Of a DNA stretch of 64,000 nucleotides, positions 29,699 through 40,050 are shown piece by piece; the first letter of the stretch is position 1, and the number at the start of each line of letters is the position of its first letter. Source of the stretch: Spirochaetota bacterium (GTDB taxonomy: Bacteria > Spirochaetota > UBA4802 > UBA5550); the NCBI GenBank assembly GCA_963664815.2, contig CAXXHB010000002.1, positions 384,001 to 448,000 on the forward strand, in the 5' to 3' direction. Made by a program: the position numbers and the translations under genes. The notes under the pieces were generated by a model. The model was not told the DNA's origin. It saw only the letters and a program-made list of their open reading frames with translations, and made no database searches.

Positions 29699-31069
29699 TT
29701 GAACTGTATTTTTAAAAAAATCAGAAAAAAGGGGATATTTATATTACTTGTTCTTACACTCCTTGCATTTATTCCAGATCAGAATATTGAAGAATATGAA
29801 TTTCCTATGTTCAGAGTAGTTATTGATCCGGGGCATGGTGGAGCTTTATTGCACGACAGGAAGAAGAATGGAGATAAATTTGATATGATAAGCGCGGAAT
29901 ATCTTGATGATTATGCACCTGGTGCGTCTTATAAAGGAATTCATGAAAATAAAATTGTTTATGATATATCAATTAAAACAATTAATCTTTTGTCCTGCTG
30001 TTCGAAGAAAGGAGATTTTGAGCAGTTTAAAAAAATTCTGAAAAAGTATACAGGTAGTAATATTAAAAAAATATTTATAGAAACAATGATAAGCAGAGGT
30101 GAATCAGTAACTGAAGAGAAAATTAAAAACAGTGATGACCCCAATGCTGATTACAGGTTATATGATTTCCCCGATTCTGATGGTGACATGGTAAAAGGGC
30201 GTATATCTAAAATAAATGAATATAAGCCTCATCTTGTTGTATCTCTTCATCTGGCAGCATCGGCACCACCAGATTACAAAGGTATGAATGGCGTAATTAT
30301 TCCACCTTATAATGTATTAAAAAAAGGATTATTACGGCTTCAAACAGGGGAAACAGAAAAAAGCCTTAAAGATAATAATATTCTTCGTTCCTGGTTCAAA
30401 GAATCGGAAAAAATTTCATACAGATATGCATTTTATAAAGATGCAGCAAAATATTTTACGGGTTATGGGATAAAAAATAATTATAAAACTGATTATAATG
30501 ATTACAATGGCTATAAATATAATATGGTTAAGTGGAAATATAGCGATAGTTCTTTATGGGATATTGAAGCGGAGGATCATCAGGTAAATTCCAGATATTC
30601 TTCAGATTACAATACATTCAGGGAAGAAGGAATTTTCTGGGATAGGGAGAAATCGGTTTATGAAGAGTATCGAAGGGGTACCGGCTTTATGGATTTTGGT
30701 GGAGATAATTATTTTGCAACATATGAGATTATAAAATATATTCTTTATTCTTTGAATGATTCTGGAATAAGTAATAAGGATAAAATTCCGGGTAAACCTT
30801 TCGTTTCAACCTGGTCTGTTCCGTTACTCATTAATGCTATCAGTGCATATATTGAGTTGGGTTATCTTGACAGAAAATGGGACAGAGAAGTATTACTTCA
30901 CAGGCAGGATGAAATTGCCGAAGGTGTGGCAGTAGGAATTTATTCCTTGTTGACTGGAATAGATAATATTAAAGGAAAATTTAAATATAAGCCTTCAGGA
31001 AAATTAATTGACCTGGATAAGTACAACATTACAAAAGAAGAGAGTTATTTTAACACTGTAACGGAATAA
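29699..31069 (+). CDS. N-acetylmuramoyl-L-alanine amidase (Amidase_3) with large insertions
   Basis: VVIDPGHGG, HENKIV, VSLHL and AYIELGY (Zn ligands and catalytic Glu), IAEGVAVGI. Confidence 0.75.
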   Translation: MNCIFKKIRKKGIFILLVLTLLAFIPDQNIEEYEFPMFRVVIDPGHGGALLHDRKKNGDKFDMISAEYLDDYAPGASYKGIHENKIVYDISIKTINLLSCCSKKGDFEQFKKILKKYTGSNIKKIFIETMISRGESVTEEKIKNSDDPNADYRLYDFPDSDGDMVKGRISKINEYKPHLVVSLHLAASAPPDYKGMNGVIIPPYNVLKKGLLRLQTGETEKSLKDNNILRSWFKESEKISYRYAFYKDAAKYFTGYGIKNNYKTDYNDYNGYKYNMVKWKYSDSSLWDIEAEDHQVNSRYSSDYNTFREEGIFWDREKSVYEEYRRGTGFMDFGGDNYFATYEIIKYILYSLNDSGISNKDKIPGKPFVSTWSVPLLINAISAYIELGYLDRKWDREVLLHRQDEIAEGVAVGIYSLLTGIDNIKGKFKYKPSGKLIDLDKYNITKEESYFNTVTE

Positions 31070-31071
31070 GT

Positions 31072-32364
31072 ATGAAAAGATTTTTTACTCTTTTATTATT
31101 GCTTCTGACGTTTAAAGCATATGCAAATCCTGATAAGTTTAATAATTATTTTATAAGCGCTGCGTCTGTTGCAAAACCCTCTGTAGTAAATATAATCGTT
31201 TATGAAAAAAGGGAAAATGATGGAAAGGTAAAATTTTTCAGAATTTCTTACGGTACAGGAACGATAATTTCTAAAAGTGGATTTATCGTAACCAACTATC
31301 ATGTTGTAAAAAAGGGTGATATGTTTAAGGCTGTGTGCAGTGATGGAACAACTTATGAAATGCAGCATTTTCCTAATGGTAAATATTATCTTTCAGATTA
31401 TAAGACTGATCTTGCGGTTTTGAAACTTGATAACAGGGAAGATAAAAAGTTCAATCCGCTTAAACTTGGGGATTCAAATAATCTTGAAGAAGGGGAATGG
31501 GTCATAGCAATAGGGAATCCATATGGGCTTAAACAGTCAATCACAGCCGGGATTGTTTCATCTAAAGGGAGAGACAACATCGGGTTCACTGATATTGAAG
31601 ATTTTATACAGACAGATGTTTCAATTAATCCGGGAAATTCTGGAGGGCCACTTATAAACCTGAATGGTGAAATGGTTGGAATTAATACCGCTATCAGGTC
31701 GGCTTCAGGAGGATTTCAGGGAATAAGTTTTGCCATACCTTCAAACATAGTTAAGCAGGTATGTTTTGATCTGACCAGTTATGGAAGAGTAAAAAGGGGT
31801 TGGCTTGGATTTGTGGCAAGAGAAAAGAGTTTCTCTCAGGATAATGAGGGTAAATGCATTGAAGTACTTTCAGTAATACGTAACTCGCCATCAGAAACAG
31901 CGGGATTGAAACAGGGCGATATTATTAAAGAGATTGATGATGAAAAGATTGAAAGTCTTGGTTCGTTGACAAAAATAGTGGGAAAGAAGAGAGTCGGTTC
32001 GAGAATTAATATATTGCTTTCAAGAAATGGTAAAATTATAAATATCAAATTTGTATTAAGAGAGAAGGATGAATATGTCCGGCTGCAAAGTGAACTGGAT
32101 CAGCTATTTCAGACGTATGGAGTTGAGGTTGATGAAGATGCCCTTACCGGAAATATTGTTGTCACTTATCTTTCTCCCAGAAGTACACATAAAAATATTG
32201 AACAGGGTGATATTATTGTTTCTGTTAATGACAGGAAGATTTCATCTCTTGAAGGTTTTATAGAAAAATACAGGATTTCTGAAAGGAAAATACGCAATAT
32301 TGTTGTTTTACGAGATTCTAGAACTCATGAAATTAATTTTGAAGATTTGAGTAATGAAGAATAA
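31072..32364 (+). CDS. DegP/HtrA serine protease with two PDZ domains
   Basis: VTNYHVV, TDLAVL, FIQTDVSINPGNSGGPL, RGWLG. Confidence 0.92.
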   Translation: MKRFFTLLLLLLTFKAYANPDKFNNYFISAASVAKPSVVNIIVYEKRENDGKVKFFRISYGTGTIISKSGFIVTNYHVVKKGDMFKAVCSDGTTYEMQHFPNGKYYLSDYKTDLAVLKLDNREDKKFNPLKLGDSNNLEEGEWVIAIGNPYGLKQSITAGIVSSKGRDNIGFTDIEDFIQTDVSINPGNSGGPLINLNGEMVGINTAIRSASGGFQGISFAIPSNIVKQVCFDLTSYGRVKRGWLGFVAREKSFSQDNEGKCIEVLSVIRNSPSETAGLKQGDIIKEIDDEKIESLGSLTKIVGKKRVGSRINILLSRNGKIINIKFVLREKDEYVRLQSELDQLFQTYGVEVDEDALTGNIVVTYLSPRSTHKNIEQGDIIVSVNDRKISSLEGFIEKYRISERKIRNIVVLRDSRTHEINFEDLSNEE

Positions 32365-32806
32365 TAGAGTAATAAAAAATTTACTGATAATTTCTGTGTT
32401 TATAATATTGTTCTGCCCGAAGATCTTTGGTGAAGAAGCGGAATTTGTATTAGATGAGAAATTTTTTAAAGATTTCAGCAGGATTCAGATAATCCAGAGA
32501 GATGATATTTTTCAATCCATGATTAATAAAATTATCATCGGCAGGGGGGTTATTACTGAAATTTCGGTTAATGAACGATATAAGAAAAAATTCAGGATTT
32601 CTGTCGAATCATCTGATTCAGCAGCTTTTAATCAGAAGATAATTTTTTTTGTTTTTCTTGAAAATAAAGATACTGTAGATCTTCTTAATTTGAACACAAA
32701 GTTTGAGTTCAAGGGTCAGTTAATGGAATATACACCTCTTTCTTCTAAAAGGAATGAGTTTATTCTTGATGTGATACTGATGGATGGATCAACAATTATT
32801 GAATAA
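32354..32806 (+). CDS. Exported hypothetical protein
   Basis: N-terminal hydrophobic signal; overlaps the degP-like stop, suggesting an operon. Confidence 0.65.
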   Translation: MKNNRVIKNLLIISVFIILFCPKIFGEEAEFVLDEKFFKDFSRIQIIQRDDIFQSMINKIIIGRGVITEISVNERYKKKFRISVESSDSAAFNQKIIFFVFLENKDTVDLLNLNTKFEFKGQLMEYTPLSSKRNEFILDVILMDGSTIIE

Positions 32807-32913
32807 TTGCAGAAGAGCGGCTTACGTGTTTCTTATGACAGAGTAACATTTGTAAATAAATTATTAGATCTTTAAAATAGCAGATTTGTTATAAAACAAT
32901 AAAGGGTTAAAAA

Positions 32914-34200
32914 ATGGAAAATATTAAAAAATCATACCAGACAATATTAGATGATAACTTTCCCGAAGAAATGACCATTAATTTCGGCAATCAGAAGCTC
33001 CAATATAAAAAAAGAATATGGAGGATTAATGATGAGGGTGTGGAAGTTGAAAGGGGTTTAAGGTATGGAGAGAATCCGGGACAGGAAGCGGCGATGTATG
33101 AACTCGTTAATGGAAATCTTGTTTTAGCGGGATGTGAGTTCATTAAACCAGGAAATTCTTTTGTAAGCGGTATTGACGAGGATATGCTGATTCAGTTCGG
33201 AAAACATCCGGGAAAGATTAATCTTACAGATATAGATAATTCTCTTAACATTTTAAAATATCTGATGGATAAACCAGCGGCTGTTATTGTTAAACATAAC
33301 AACCCCTGTGGAGTGGCATATGGTACGTCAATTGCAGAAGCTTTTAATCGTGCATACAGGGCTGACAGGATTGCTGCTTTCGGCGGATGTGTTGCTATGA
33401 ACAGAATATGTGATAAAGAGACTGCCGGACTGATTGCAGACAAGTATCTTGAGGTTGTTGTAGCTCCGGAGTATGATGGTGCTGCACTGGAGATTTTGAA
33501 AACAAAAAAGAATTTAAGAATAGTAAAGATACCGAGAATTGATCGTTTAGCTGAAGTGAGAGATGTTATTTTTCCTGATTTCAAATCTTTGATGGATGGA
33601 GGTTTAATTGTTCAGCAGTCATCAACTACCAGGATAAAATCAAGAAAAGATCTCCTTCCTGCAGAAACAGAATATAAAGGCCGTAAGTATTTTATTGAAA
33701 GAACTCCAACAGACAGAGAGTTTGAGGATATGCTTTTTGGCTGGTATGTAGAACAGGGTGTTACTTCAAATTCTGTTATTTATGTTAAGGATGGAGTTAC
33801 AGTAGGTATTGGAACAGGAGAACAGGACAGGGTTGGAGTAGCCGAGATTGCAATTTATAAAGCTTATACAAAGTATGCCGATCTGTTATGCTTTGACAGA
33901 TATGGAATTACATACAAAGAACTTGAACTTTCTGTAAAAAAAGGGGATCGAAACAGCTCAGATAAGGTATTAATTGATGAAGAAACTGCATCTGCAAGGG
34001 GTGGGCTTAAAGATTCGATTGCCATATCCGATGCTTTTTTCCCATTCAGGGATGGTGTGGATGTAATAATTGAACAGGGAATATCGGCAATATTACATCC
34101 TGGTGGTTCAATCAGGGATTTTGAGTCTATTGAAGCATGTAATGAGGCAAATCCAAAAGTTACAATGATGTTTACAGGTCAGAGAGCGTTTAAACATTAA
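32914..34200 (+). CDS. purH: AICAR transformylase (PurH C-terminal domain only)
   Basis: LRYGENPGQEA, VKHNNPCG, AAFGG, SNSV, GIGTGEQDR, SDAFFPF, TGQRAFKH; no N-terminal IMP cyclohydrolase domain. Confidence 0.85.
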   Translation: MENIKKSYQTILDDNFPEEMTINFGNQKLQYKKRIWRINDEGVEVERGLRYGENPGQEAAMYELVNGNLVLAGCEFIKPGNSFVSGIDEDMLIQFGKHPGKINLTDIDNSLNILKYLMDKPAAVIVKHNNPCGVAYGTSIAEAFNRAYRADRIAAFGGCVAMNRICDKETAGLIADKYLEVVVAPEYDGAALEILKTKKNLRIVKIPRIDRLAEVRDVIFPDFKSLMDGGLIVQQSSTTRIKSRKDLLPAETEYKGRKYFIERTPTDREFEDMLFGWYVEQGVTSNSVIYVKDGVTVGIGTGEQDRVGVAEIAIYKAYTKYADLLCFDRYGITYKELELSVKKGDRNSSDKVLIDEETASARGGLKDSIAISDAFFPFRDGVDVIIEQGISAILHPGGSIRDFESIEACNEANPKVTMMFTGQRAFKH

Positions 34201-34214
34201 TTAACATATAAGTT

Positions 34215-34238
34215 AAAAAAAAGGGACGGTAGTCCCTT
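34215..34238. terminator. Terminator hairpin between convergent genes
   Basis: AAGGGAC-GGTA-GTCCCTT preceded by an A-run, which is a U-tract on the minus strand. Confidence 0.65.
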
Positions 34239-34258
34239 AAAAAACTACAGGTTAAACA

Positions 34259-34915
34259 TTATCTTTTTTTCTGCTTTTCGTATTCTTTCATATATTGATC
34301 AATTAGACTAATTCTTCTGGTTGGTTCATTATTTTTTAGTTCATTTTCTTTTACAGGTGTTAATTTACCGGCAAAGAATTCAGCTATAAGTATAAAAGGT
34401 TTGGTTAAAATATCCTTTACTGTAACGAAAAACTCAACAATAAACTCAAAAGTGGATTTGAATAAAGGTTTTTTTGATCCTTTTCCAGAAGGAGCCGATT
34501 TCATCGGATTGAGAGCCTTTTGTACAGTATCTGTTGTTTTTGCAGTAACATTTACTACTGATGAAGTGATAGTTTTTCCCGTATTACCTGCTGCATTTTT
34601 CATTTTATACATAGAGGGAACAACTGATGGTGTTTTATCAAAACTTACAGTTGGTATTCTTGAAACTTTCTGAGATTTCTTTCTTGTTCTCATCGCAGGT
34701 CCACTTGATTCAGAACCTCTGTCAATCATGAAAAGAAATATATAATAAGCGTACATGAAATAGTTGTAGAAAATCCCGAAGAAAGCGAGCCATATATCTA
34801 TAAATGCCCAGAATACTTCTATCATTAGCTTGCCAAAATCGACTATTTTAAAAACAAAGCTGAAGGCATTATCAAGGGCAGCGTTAGAGAACTGCTTAAC
34901 CATTGTATATTTCAT
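34259..34915 (-). CDS. Hypothetical protein with N-terminal hydrophobic/aromatic helix
   Basis: 218-aa ORF with GGAG RBS; Lys/Ser/Thr-rich central linker. Confidence 0.65.
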   Translation of the reverse strand: MKYTMVKQFSNAALDNAFSFVFKIVDFGKLMIEVFWAFIDIWLAFFGIFYNYFMYAYYIFLFMIDRGSESSGPAMRTRKKSQKVSRIPTVSFDKTPSVVPSMYKMKNAAGNTGKTITSSVVNVTAKTTDTVQKALNPMKSAPSGKGSKKPLFKSTFEFIVEFFVTVKDILTKPFILIAEFFAGKLTPVKENELKNNEPTRRISLIDQYMKEYEKQKKR

Positions 34916-34932
34916 AAAGTACTCCGGATGTT

Positions 34933-34981
34933 TCAGTTTAAATAAAAATCTTGAAAATATTATTATTTTTATTTAAACTGA
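34933..34981. promoter_or_regulatory. 17-bp perfect inverted repeat overlapping a putative sigma70 promoter
   Basis: TCAGTTTAAATAAAAAT-N15-ATTTTTATTTAAACTGA; minus-strand TTGACT at 34985-34980. Confidence 0.5.
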
Positions 34982-35176
34982 GTCAATGATTTTTTATTTG
35001 TTACATCAATAGTAATTCCCTTGTTTTTGTCAGTAAAAATAATACATTGTAAAGGAATACTTTGATGCTGGTGCCACCATCTGTTAAAAAAGAGCGGATT
35101 AATAAGAAAAGTGTTTTCATTGGAAGAACTTTTTTAAAAAAATGTTTTAAACAAATTTATACAACTAAAGCTTTTT

Positions 35177-35680
35177 ATGAAAAGTGGATATAAGATGAAT
35201 AAAATATATTTAGCTTCACCACTCGGTTTTACCGAATCAGGGAGATTTTTTCTTTATAAGAAATTAATTCCTCTTCTGGATGAGCTGAAAATATGTTATG
35301 TAGATCCCTGGAAACTTACGTCTGAAGATTTAATTAATAAAGCTGATAAAATTGAAAACCTTGCTGAAAGAAGAGAGGAATGGGTAAAACTGAACAGAAT
35401 CATTGCTGAAAATAATAAATCTGGTATTGAAGAATCAAATGGAATGATAGCTGTTCTTGATGGAACAGATATTGACAGCGGTACGGCTGCAGAAATTGGT
35501 TATGCTGCTGCGTCAGGTAAAAAAATCTGTGGTTATAGAAGCGATTTCAGACGCTCTGGCGATAATGAGGGTGCACTCATAAATCTTCAGGTGGAATATT
35601 TTATATTGAACTCAGGAGGTCGTATAGTATCTAACCTCGCTGAGTTGAAAGAAGAGTTAAAAAGAATATTTATCTCTTAA
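35177..35680 (+). CDS. Nucleoside 2-deoxyribosyltransferase family protein
   Basis: IYLASPLGF, LDGTDIDSGTAAEIGYA, NLQV; alternative start at 35195. Confidence 0.88.
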   Translation: MKSGYKMNKIYLASPLGFTESGRFFLYKKLIPLLDELKICYVDPWKLTSEDLINKADKIENLAERREEWVKLNRIIAENNKSGIEESNGMIAVLDGTDIDSGTAAEIGYAAASGKKICGYRSDFRRSGDNEGALINLQVEYFILNSGGRIVSNLAELKEELKRIFIS

Positions 35681-36281
35681 TCGGTTTTACGTTATAATTA
35701 CGTCTGAAAAGAAGTTTTTCTTCAGTATCAAAAATCAGGATAGTTATTTCATTAAAAAAGTAATAATTTTTCATGTATTTACTGAAATGACGTGAACTGA
35801 ATGTAATTGTATCATTGAGTGTGTACGGCTTACCGCTTTTTTTATCAATACCTGCTTTAATATTTTTCGGATATTTCTGATATACTTTTTTTTCTGCACC
35901 TGATTGATCTTTTATGATATATTCATAATTTGAAATATCATCAGGGTATGTCTGAATCAGCTTTATTAATTTAGTGTCTTCCATGCTTGGTTTTTCAAAA
36001 CTTGATTTTGTAATATATTCTTTTTCGTAGGTTGCTATAACAAAAATATAGAGATTTACAGGAATATTTGTCTGATTTTCGATCTGGAACTGCGTTTCAA
36101 GGATTTCACCATTGCTGTCAGTCTGAATTTTAGAAAATGTAAGATTTTGAACCTTGAAAAGATCCGTGAAAATTGATAAAACCGGCTCTTTTTTTATATC
36201 CAATTTGTTATCAGCACCTTTATCCTGAGAGAAAAGGAATACAGGTGTAATTAAAAAAAGAATGATTAAGAGATGTTTCAT
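35670..36281 (-). CDS. Exported hypothetical protein
   Basis: Signal peptide MKHLLIILFLITPVFLFS; beta-rich mature part. Confidence 0.7.
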   Translation of the reverse strand: MKHLLIILFLITPVFLFSQDKGADNKLDIKKEPVLSIFTDLFKVQNLTFSKIQTDSNGEILETQFQIENQTNIPVNLYIFVIATYEKEYITKSSFEKPSMEDTKLIKLIQTYPDDISNYEYIIKDQSGAEKKVYQKYPKNIKAGIDKKSGKPYTLNDTITFSSRHFSKYMKNYYFFNEITILIFDTEEKLLFRRNYNVKPIKR

Positions 36282-36336
36282 TTTTCTACCTTTAATTCAG
36301 TATTATATTCTTAATTTTCGACAGAATTTATTTTTT

Positions 36337-39300
36337 TTAAAGTATAATTCTCTCAAATCCTTCTTTTTTAGCTACATCTGATATGAAATGTTTTTTCCAG
36401 TTTCGCCCCAAAAAAAGCTCTGCAAGATAAACTGCCATTGCTTTTCCTGTAACAGATGTTCTGCTGTTTATTTTAGAAAGACCCTGTGTACAACTTGGAC
36501 ATGTTGTAATAACTGTAATACTCTCCTTTTTCTCGAAGAGAGCGGCTATGTTAATCGATTTTCTCTCTCTTAAAGAGTTTGATATTGATGGAGAGGAGAG
36601 TGACATCGTTCCACCTTCTCCGCAACAATTCGGTATGACAACCGGTTTCTTTCCCAGTATAATATCAAAAGTTTTATTTACTCCAAAATCTTTTAATGGA
36701 GAGTGACAGGGATCATGGTAAAAAACTGTATCTTTTTGTGTTTTTTTATAGAGACTCTCTCTGGCAATAAAAGCATTGATATCAGTAATCTGTGAGTTTG
36801 GGAAAATATTTTCTATTTTGTATTTATTCAGCATTTCATAGCATGTGCCGCATGATACAATTATATCTTCGATTTCCATATAGCTTATTATATCCGACAT
36901 TCTGTGAAGAAGAACCCGGTTTTCATAACTCTTTGTTTCTGCTTCTTTCAGTTTCCCGTTAAAAAGGAATGGATATCCGCAACAAAGATATTCAGGCGGA
37001 ATTACAACACGTACACCGGCATTATAAAGAAGAGCTATTACCGCTATGCTGATTTCAGGGAACATTCGTTCAGAACCGCAACCGGGGAAATAGATCACAC
37101 TTTTAATCAGTTCTTTATCAGGATTTTGAAATGCAAAAAAAGTATTTACACCTTTCAATCCCAGATAATCCCTTAGAGATGGAGTTCCTGATTTTGAAAA
37201 GCGTGACTGAAGAATTCCATTAATTTTCGGTATAAGAATTTCAGTTACATTGTTAACAGGTTTATTCAGAAGATATCCAAATCTCTGCATGGAAAATCCG
37301 AATTTAAGCAATGCCAGCCGGAACAATTTGTTAGTATAATATCCCTTTCTTTTCAGATAGAAAAGAAGCAGATTTATAATCATTTTAGGTTCTGCCCTCT
37401 TTCTGTCATAAAGCAGATTCTTGATGGCCAGTGTTACAATTCCGAAATCGATATCTACTGGACATGGAGTATAGCAGTTATGGCAGCCTGTACAATGATC
37501 TGATATATCACGAAGCATCCGGAAATTCCTGAAACTCAGGTTATTGGTAGTCTGTGCCTCGTAAAGAACTGCTTCAGTGATCAGAGTTACTGCCAGGATT
37601 TTATTCCTGGGACTGTAAAACATAGTGCAGACCGGGACATGAGTGTTGCATACCTCCTTGCATTTACCACACCTTACGCATGCTGCAATCGACTTTGTAA
37701 GATCTTTCATGTCTGCAACCTCGAGAATGAAAGCCTCAAGCTCCAGCAGGTTAAGAGATGGAGTATACACGGAGCTGTGAGGGAAATCATGTCGAAGTTT
37801 TCCCGGGTTGAACAGGTGCCCGGGATCTGCCTCATCTTTATACTCGGCATAGGCGTCAAGGAGTTCTTTATCAATGAATTTAAGCTTGGTAAGACCTATG
37901 CCATGTTCACCTGAGATAACGCCGTTGAATTTCTCAGTGGTTTCTTTCATGACAATTCCGGCAATTTCCTCAGCCTCAATCATCATTCGGTAATCGTTTG
38001 AATGAACCGGAATATTTACATGGATATTTCCGTCACCTGCATGCATATGGGTAGCAATAATTATTTTTCTGCTCTGCCTGAATTCAACAATTTCATCGAA
38101 TGAGCTTATTATATCATTATAACCATGAAAGTTTTTTCTGAACCTGTTCAGGATTGTATCTGAAATGGTATATTGTATCTCACCGTCACGCAGAAGTTCG
38201 AAAAGGGGTCTGTCCCTTTTTTCAGGATTTATATCCGGTAGATGAGTTCCGGCAGTTTTTTCAATATTGTGGATGAATTCTGTCTGTATTGCCTTGATGC
38301 CATTTATGTAGTTTATGTAGTTTTCAATTTTGGTCTGGAAGAAGACATCCTCCTTTCCCTGAAGGGTTTTAAAATAGGCCGCAAGCTCGTCTATGAGGGA
38401 ACAGTTGTTTTCCAGCTCTTTTTGAAGATTAAGCCTGTCTATGAAGTCTGAAAAATGCGGGAGCGCTTCAACAGGAATAACTATATCTTCGTTGAGTTTG
38501 AAAGCATTTGTATGACGTGCAATGGCTCCCAGGTTTTTCCTGTCTTTCCAGAAGAGTTCTCTTTTTTCTTCAGAGTCGGCGATGAAACCCTCCGTGTTGT
38601 ATAATTTTACTATTTCAAGAATGTTGTTTGAAGATATTTCAAGTTCTTTAAGATCATCGCTTTCCACATCTATCAACAGTACCGCCTTGGGGAAGTCGCT
38701 GCGGTCTGATTTGTTTCTGTAGTTTATTGCGCTTACATATTTTTCGTCGAAGTGTTCAAGAGCAGTCAGGTGTGCATGGTCGTTAGCATTAAAGGATTCT
38801 CTTATTTCAACTATTGCCTTTGATGCGTTAATCATGTTTGTTCCGAAGAATTCAAGACAGATTGTCCGGCAATGATCAAATGGTTTGTAGAGAACAAATT
38901 TTGCTGAGATGATTACACCATCTCCGCCCTCTTTCTGTATTCCCGGAAGCCCTTTAAGCGCCTTATTTGTTATATCCTTTCCTACTCCCTGCTTTCTTAT
39001 ATCAAGACCGTTGAGTATAATTGTTTTTAATAGTTTTTCTCCTTTTCTTTTGGAAAGTAAGTATACCTCAAAGACGACAGTATCTTCCGGTTCAATTTTC
39101 CTGTGGGGATGATTCTTTCTTCTTACGTCAAGGACATGGCCTTCGGCATTTACGATTTTAAAAGAAAAGATGTTGTCAATGGCTGTGCCCCACATTACGC
39201 ATTTTTTACCACCTGCGTTTTCGGCAATATTACCTCCGATTGTTGATGCCCAGCCGGATGTGGGGTCAGTGGCAAAAATGTATCCTCTGTCCTTGCAGTA

Positions 39301-40050
39301 ATGCGTTACGACATCGGTAATGACTCCCGCGTCTGTTTCAACAATAGGGATTTTATTTCCGTTTACAGTTACGAATTCAATTTCACTGATGTTGCGCATT
39401 TTTTCAGTATTTATTATCATTGTATCCGGAAGAATAGGGATTGCCCCTCCGGTCATGCCTGTTCCGCCACCACGAGGTATAATTTTGAGGTCGAGAGAAG
39501 CCGCCGCTTTGATAATTTTTGTTATTTCAGATGTTGTTTCCGGGTATACAATGACTTCAGGGTATTCAACCCTCCAGTCTGTTGAGTCTGTAACATGCGT
39601 TACTTTCTGAAATGCAGAGAAGTGAATATTTTTCCTGGAGACTATCGGGTTCAGTGTATTGAAAATTTTATTACGTTTTTTTCTTTCAGTCCGGAATTTG
39701 TGAAAAAAAATGTCATCAACCTTTATAAGTCTTTCAAGCAGTTCAAGAACCTGTTTATTGGAGGTTTTATTTCTTATAGACTCAAACCGGATTTCATGGA
39801 GTTTTTTTAATCTCTTCTGCTTTTTTATATCATGAAGGAAATCGTTGAAAATATATGGATTACGGTCTATGATAAATATATCACCAATAATCTCAAAAAT
39901 AAGCCGTGCACTTCGTCCTGTTTTCCTTGTAGTTCTCAGGGTGTTTAAAAGCGCCCAGATATCGTCATCGAAATATTTTAGTATAATCTCCTTGTCGGAA
40001 AAAGACGTATAGTTGTAAGGGATCTCCCTGTAGCCGAAATCTTTTTTCAT
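36337..40050 (-). CDS. FAD-linked oxidase fused to Fe-S/CCG domains (GlcD/GlcF-like, DUF3683-type N-terminus)
   Basis: REIPYNYTSFSD N-terminus, PRGGGTG, HMHAGDGNIH, SGEHGIG, CVRCGKC, CTGCHNC...CP, and CCG motifs. Confidence 0.88.
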   Translation of the reverse strand: MKKDFGYREIPYNYTSFSDKEIILKYFDDDIWALLNTLRTTRKTGRSARLIFEIIGDIFIIDRNPYIFNDFLHDIKKQKRLKKLHEIRFESIRNKTSNKQVLELLERLIKVDDIFFHKFRTERKKRNKIFNTLNPIVSRKNIHFSAFQKVTHVTDSTDWRVEYPEVIVYPETTSEITKIIKAAASLDLKIIPRGGGTGMTGGAIPILPDTMIINTEKMRNISEIEFVTVNGNKIPIVETDAGVITDVVTHYCKDRGYIFATDPTSGWASTIGGNIAENAGGKKCVMWGTAIDNIFSFKIVNAEGHVLDVRRKNHPHRKIEPEDTVVFEVYLLSKRKGEKLLKTIILNGLDIRKQGVGKDITNKALKGLPGIQKEGGDGVIISAKFVLYKPFDHCRTICLEFFGTNMINASKAIVEIRESFNANDHAHLTALEHFDEKYVSAINYRNKSDRSDFPKAVLLIDVESDDLKELEISSNNILEIVKLYNTEGFIADSEEKRELFWKDRKNLGAIARHTNAFKLNEDIVIPVEALPHFSDFIDRLNLQKELENNCSLIDELAAYFKTLQGKEDVFFQTKIENYINYINGIKAIQTEFIHNIEKTAGTHLPDINPEKRDRPLFELLRDGEIQYTISDTILNRFRKNFHGYNDIISSFDEIVEFRQSRKIIIATHMHAGDGNIHVNIPVHSNDYRMMIEAEEIAGIVMKETTEKFNGVISGEHGIGLTKLKFIDKELLDAYAEYKDEADPGHLFNPGKLRHDFPHSSVYTPSLNLLELEAFILEVADMKDLTKSIAACVRCGKCKEVCNTHVPVCTMFYSPRNKILAVTLITEAVLYEAQTTNNLSFRNFRMLRDISDHCTGCHNCYTPCPVDIDFGIVTLAIKNLLYDRKRAEPKMIINLLLFYLKRKGYYTNKLFRLALLKFGFSMQRFGYLLNKPVNNVTEILIPKINGILQSRFSKSGTPSLRDYLGLKGVNTFFAFQNPDKELIKSVIYFPGCGSERMFPEISIAVIALLYNAGVRVVIPPEYLCCGYPFLFNGKLKEAETKSYENRVLLHRMSDIISYMEIEDIIVSCGTCYEMLNKYKIENIFPNSQITDINAFIARESLYKKTQKDTVFYHDPCHSPLKDFGVNKTFDIILGKKPVVIPNCCGEGGTMSLSSPSISNSLRERKSINIAALFEKKESITVITTCPSCTQGLSKINSRTSVTGKAMAVYLAELFLGRNWKKHFISDVAKKEGFERIIL

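Noticed and set aside
32807-32913. ZMP/ZTP riboswitch upstream of purH
   Set aside because: The conserved GACUGGCG and CGCCUGGG elements are absent
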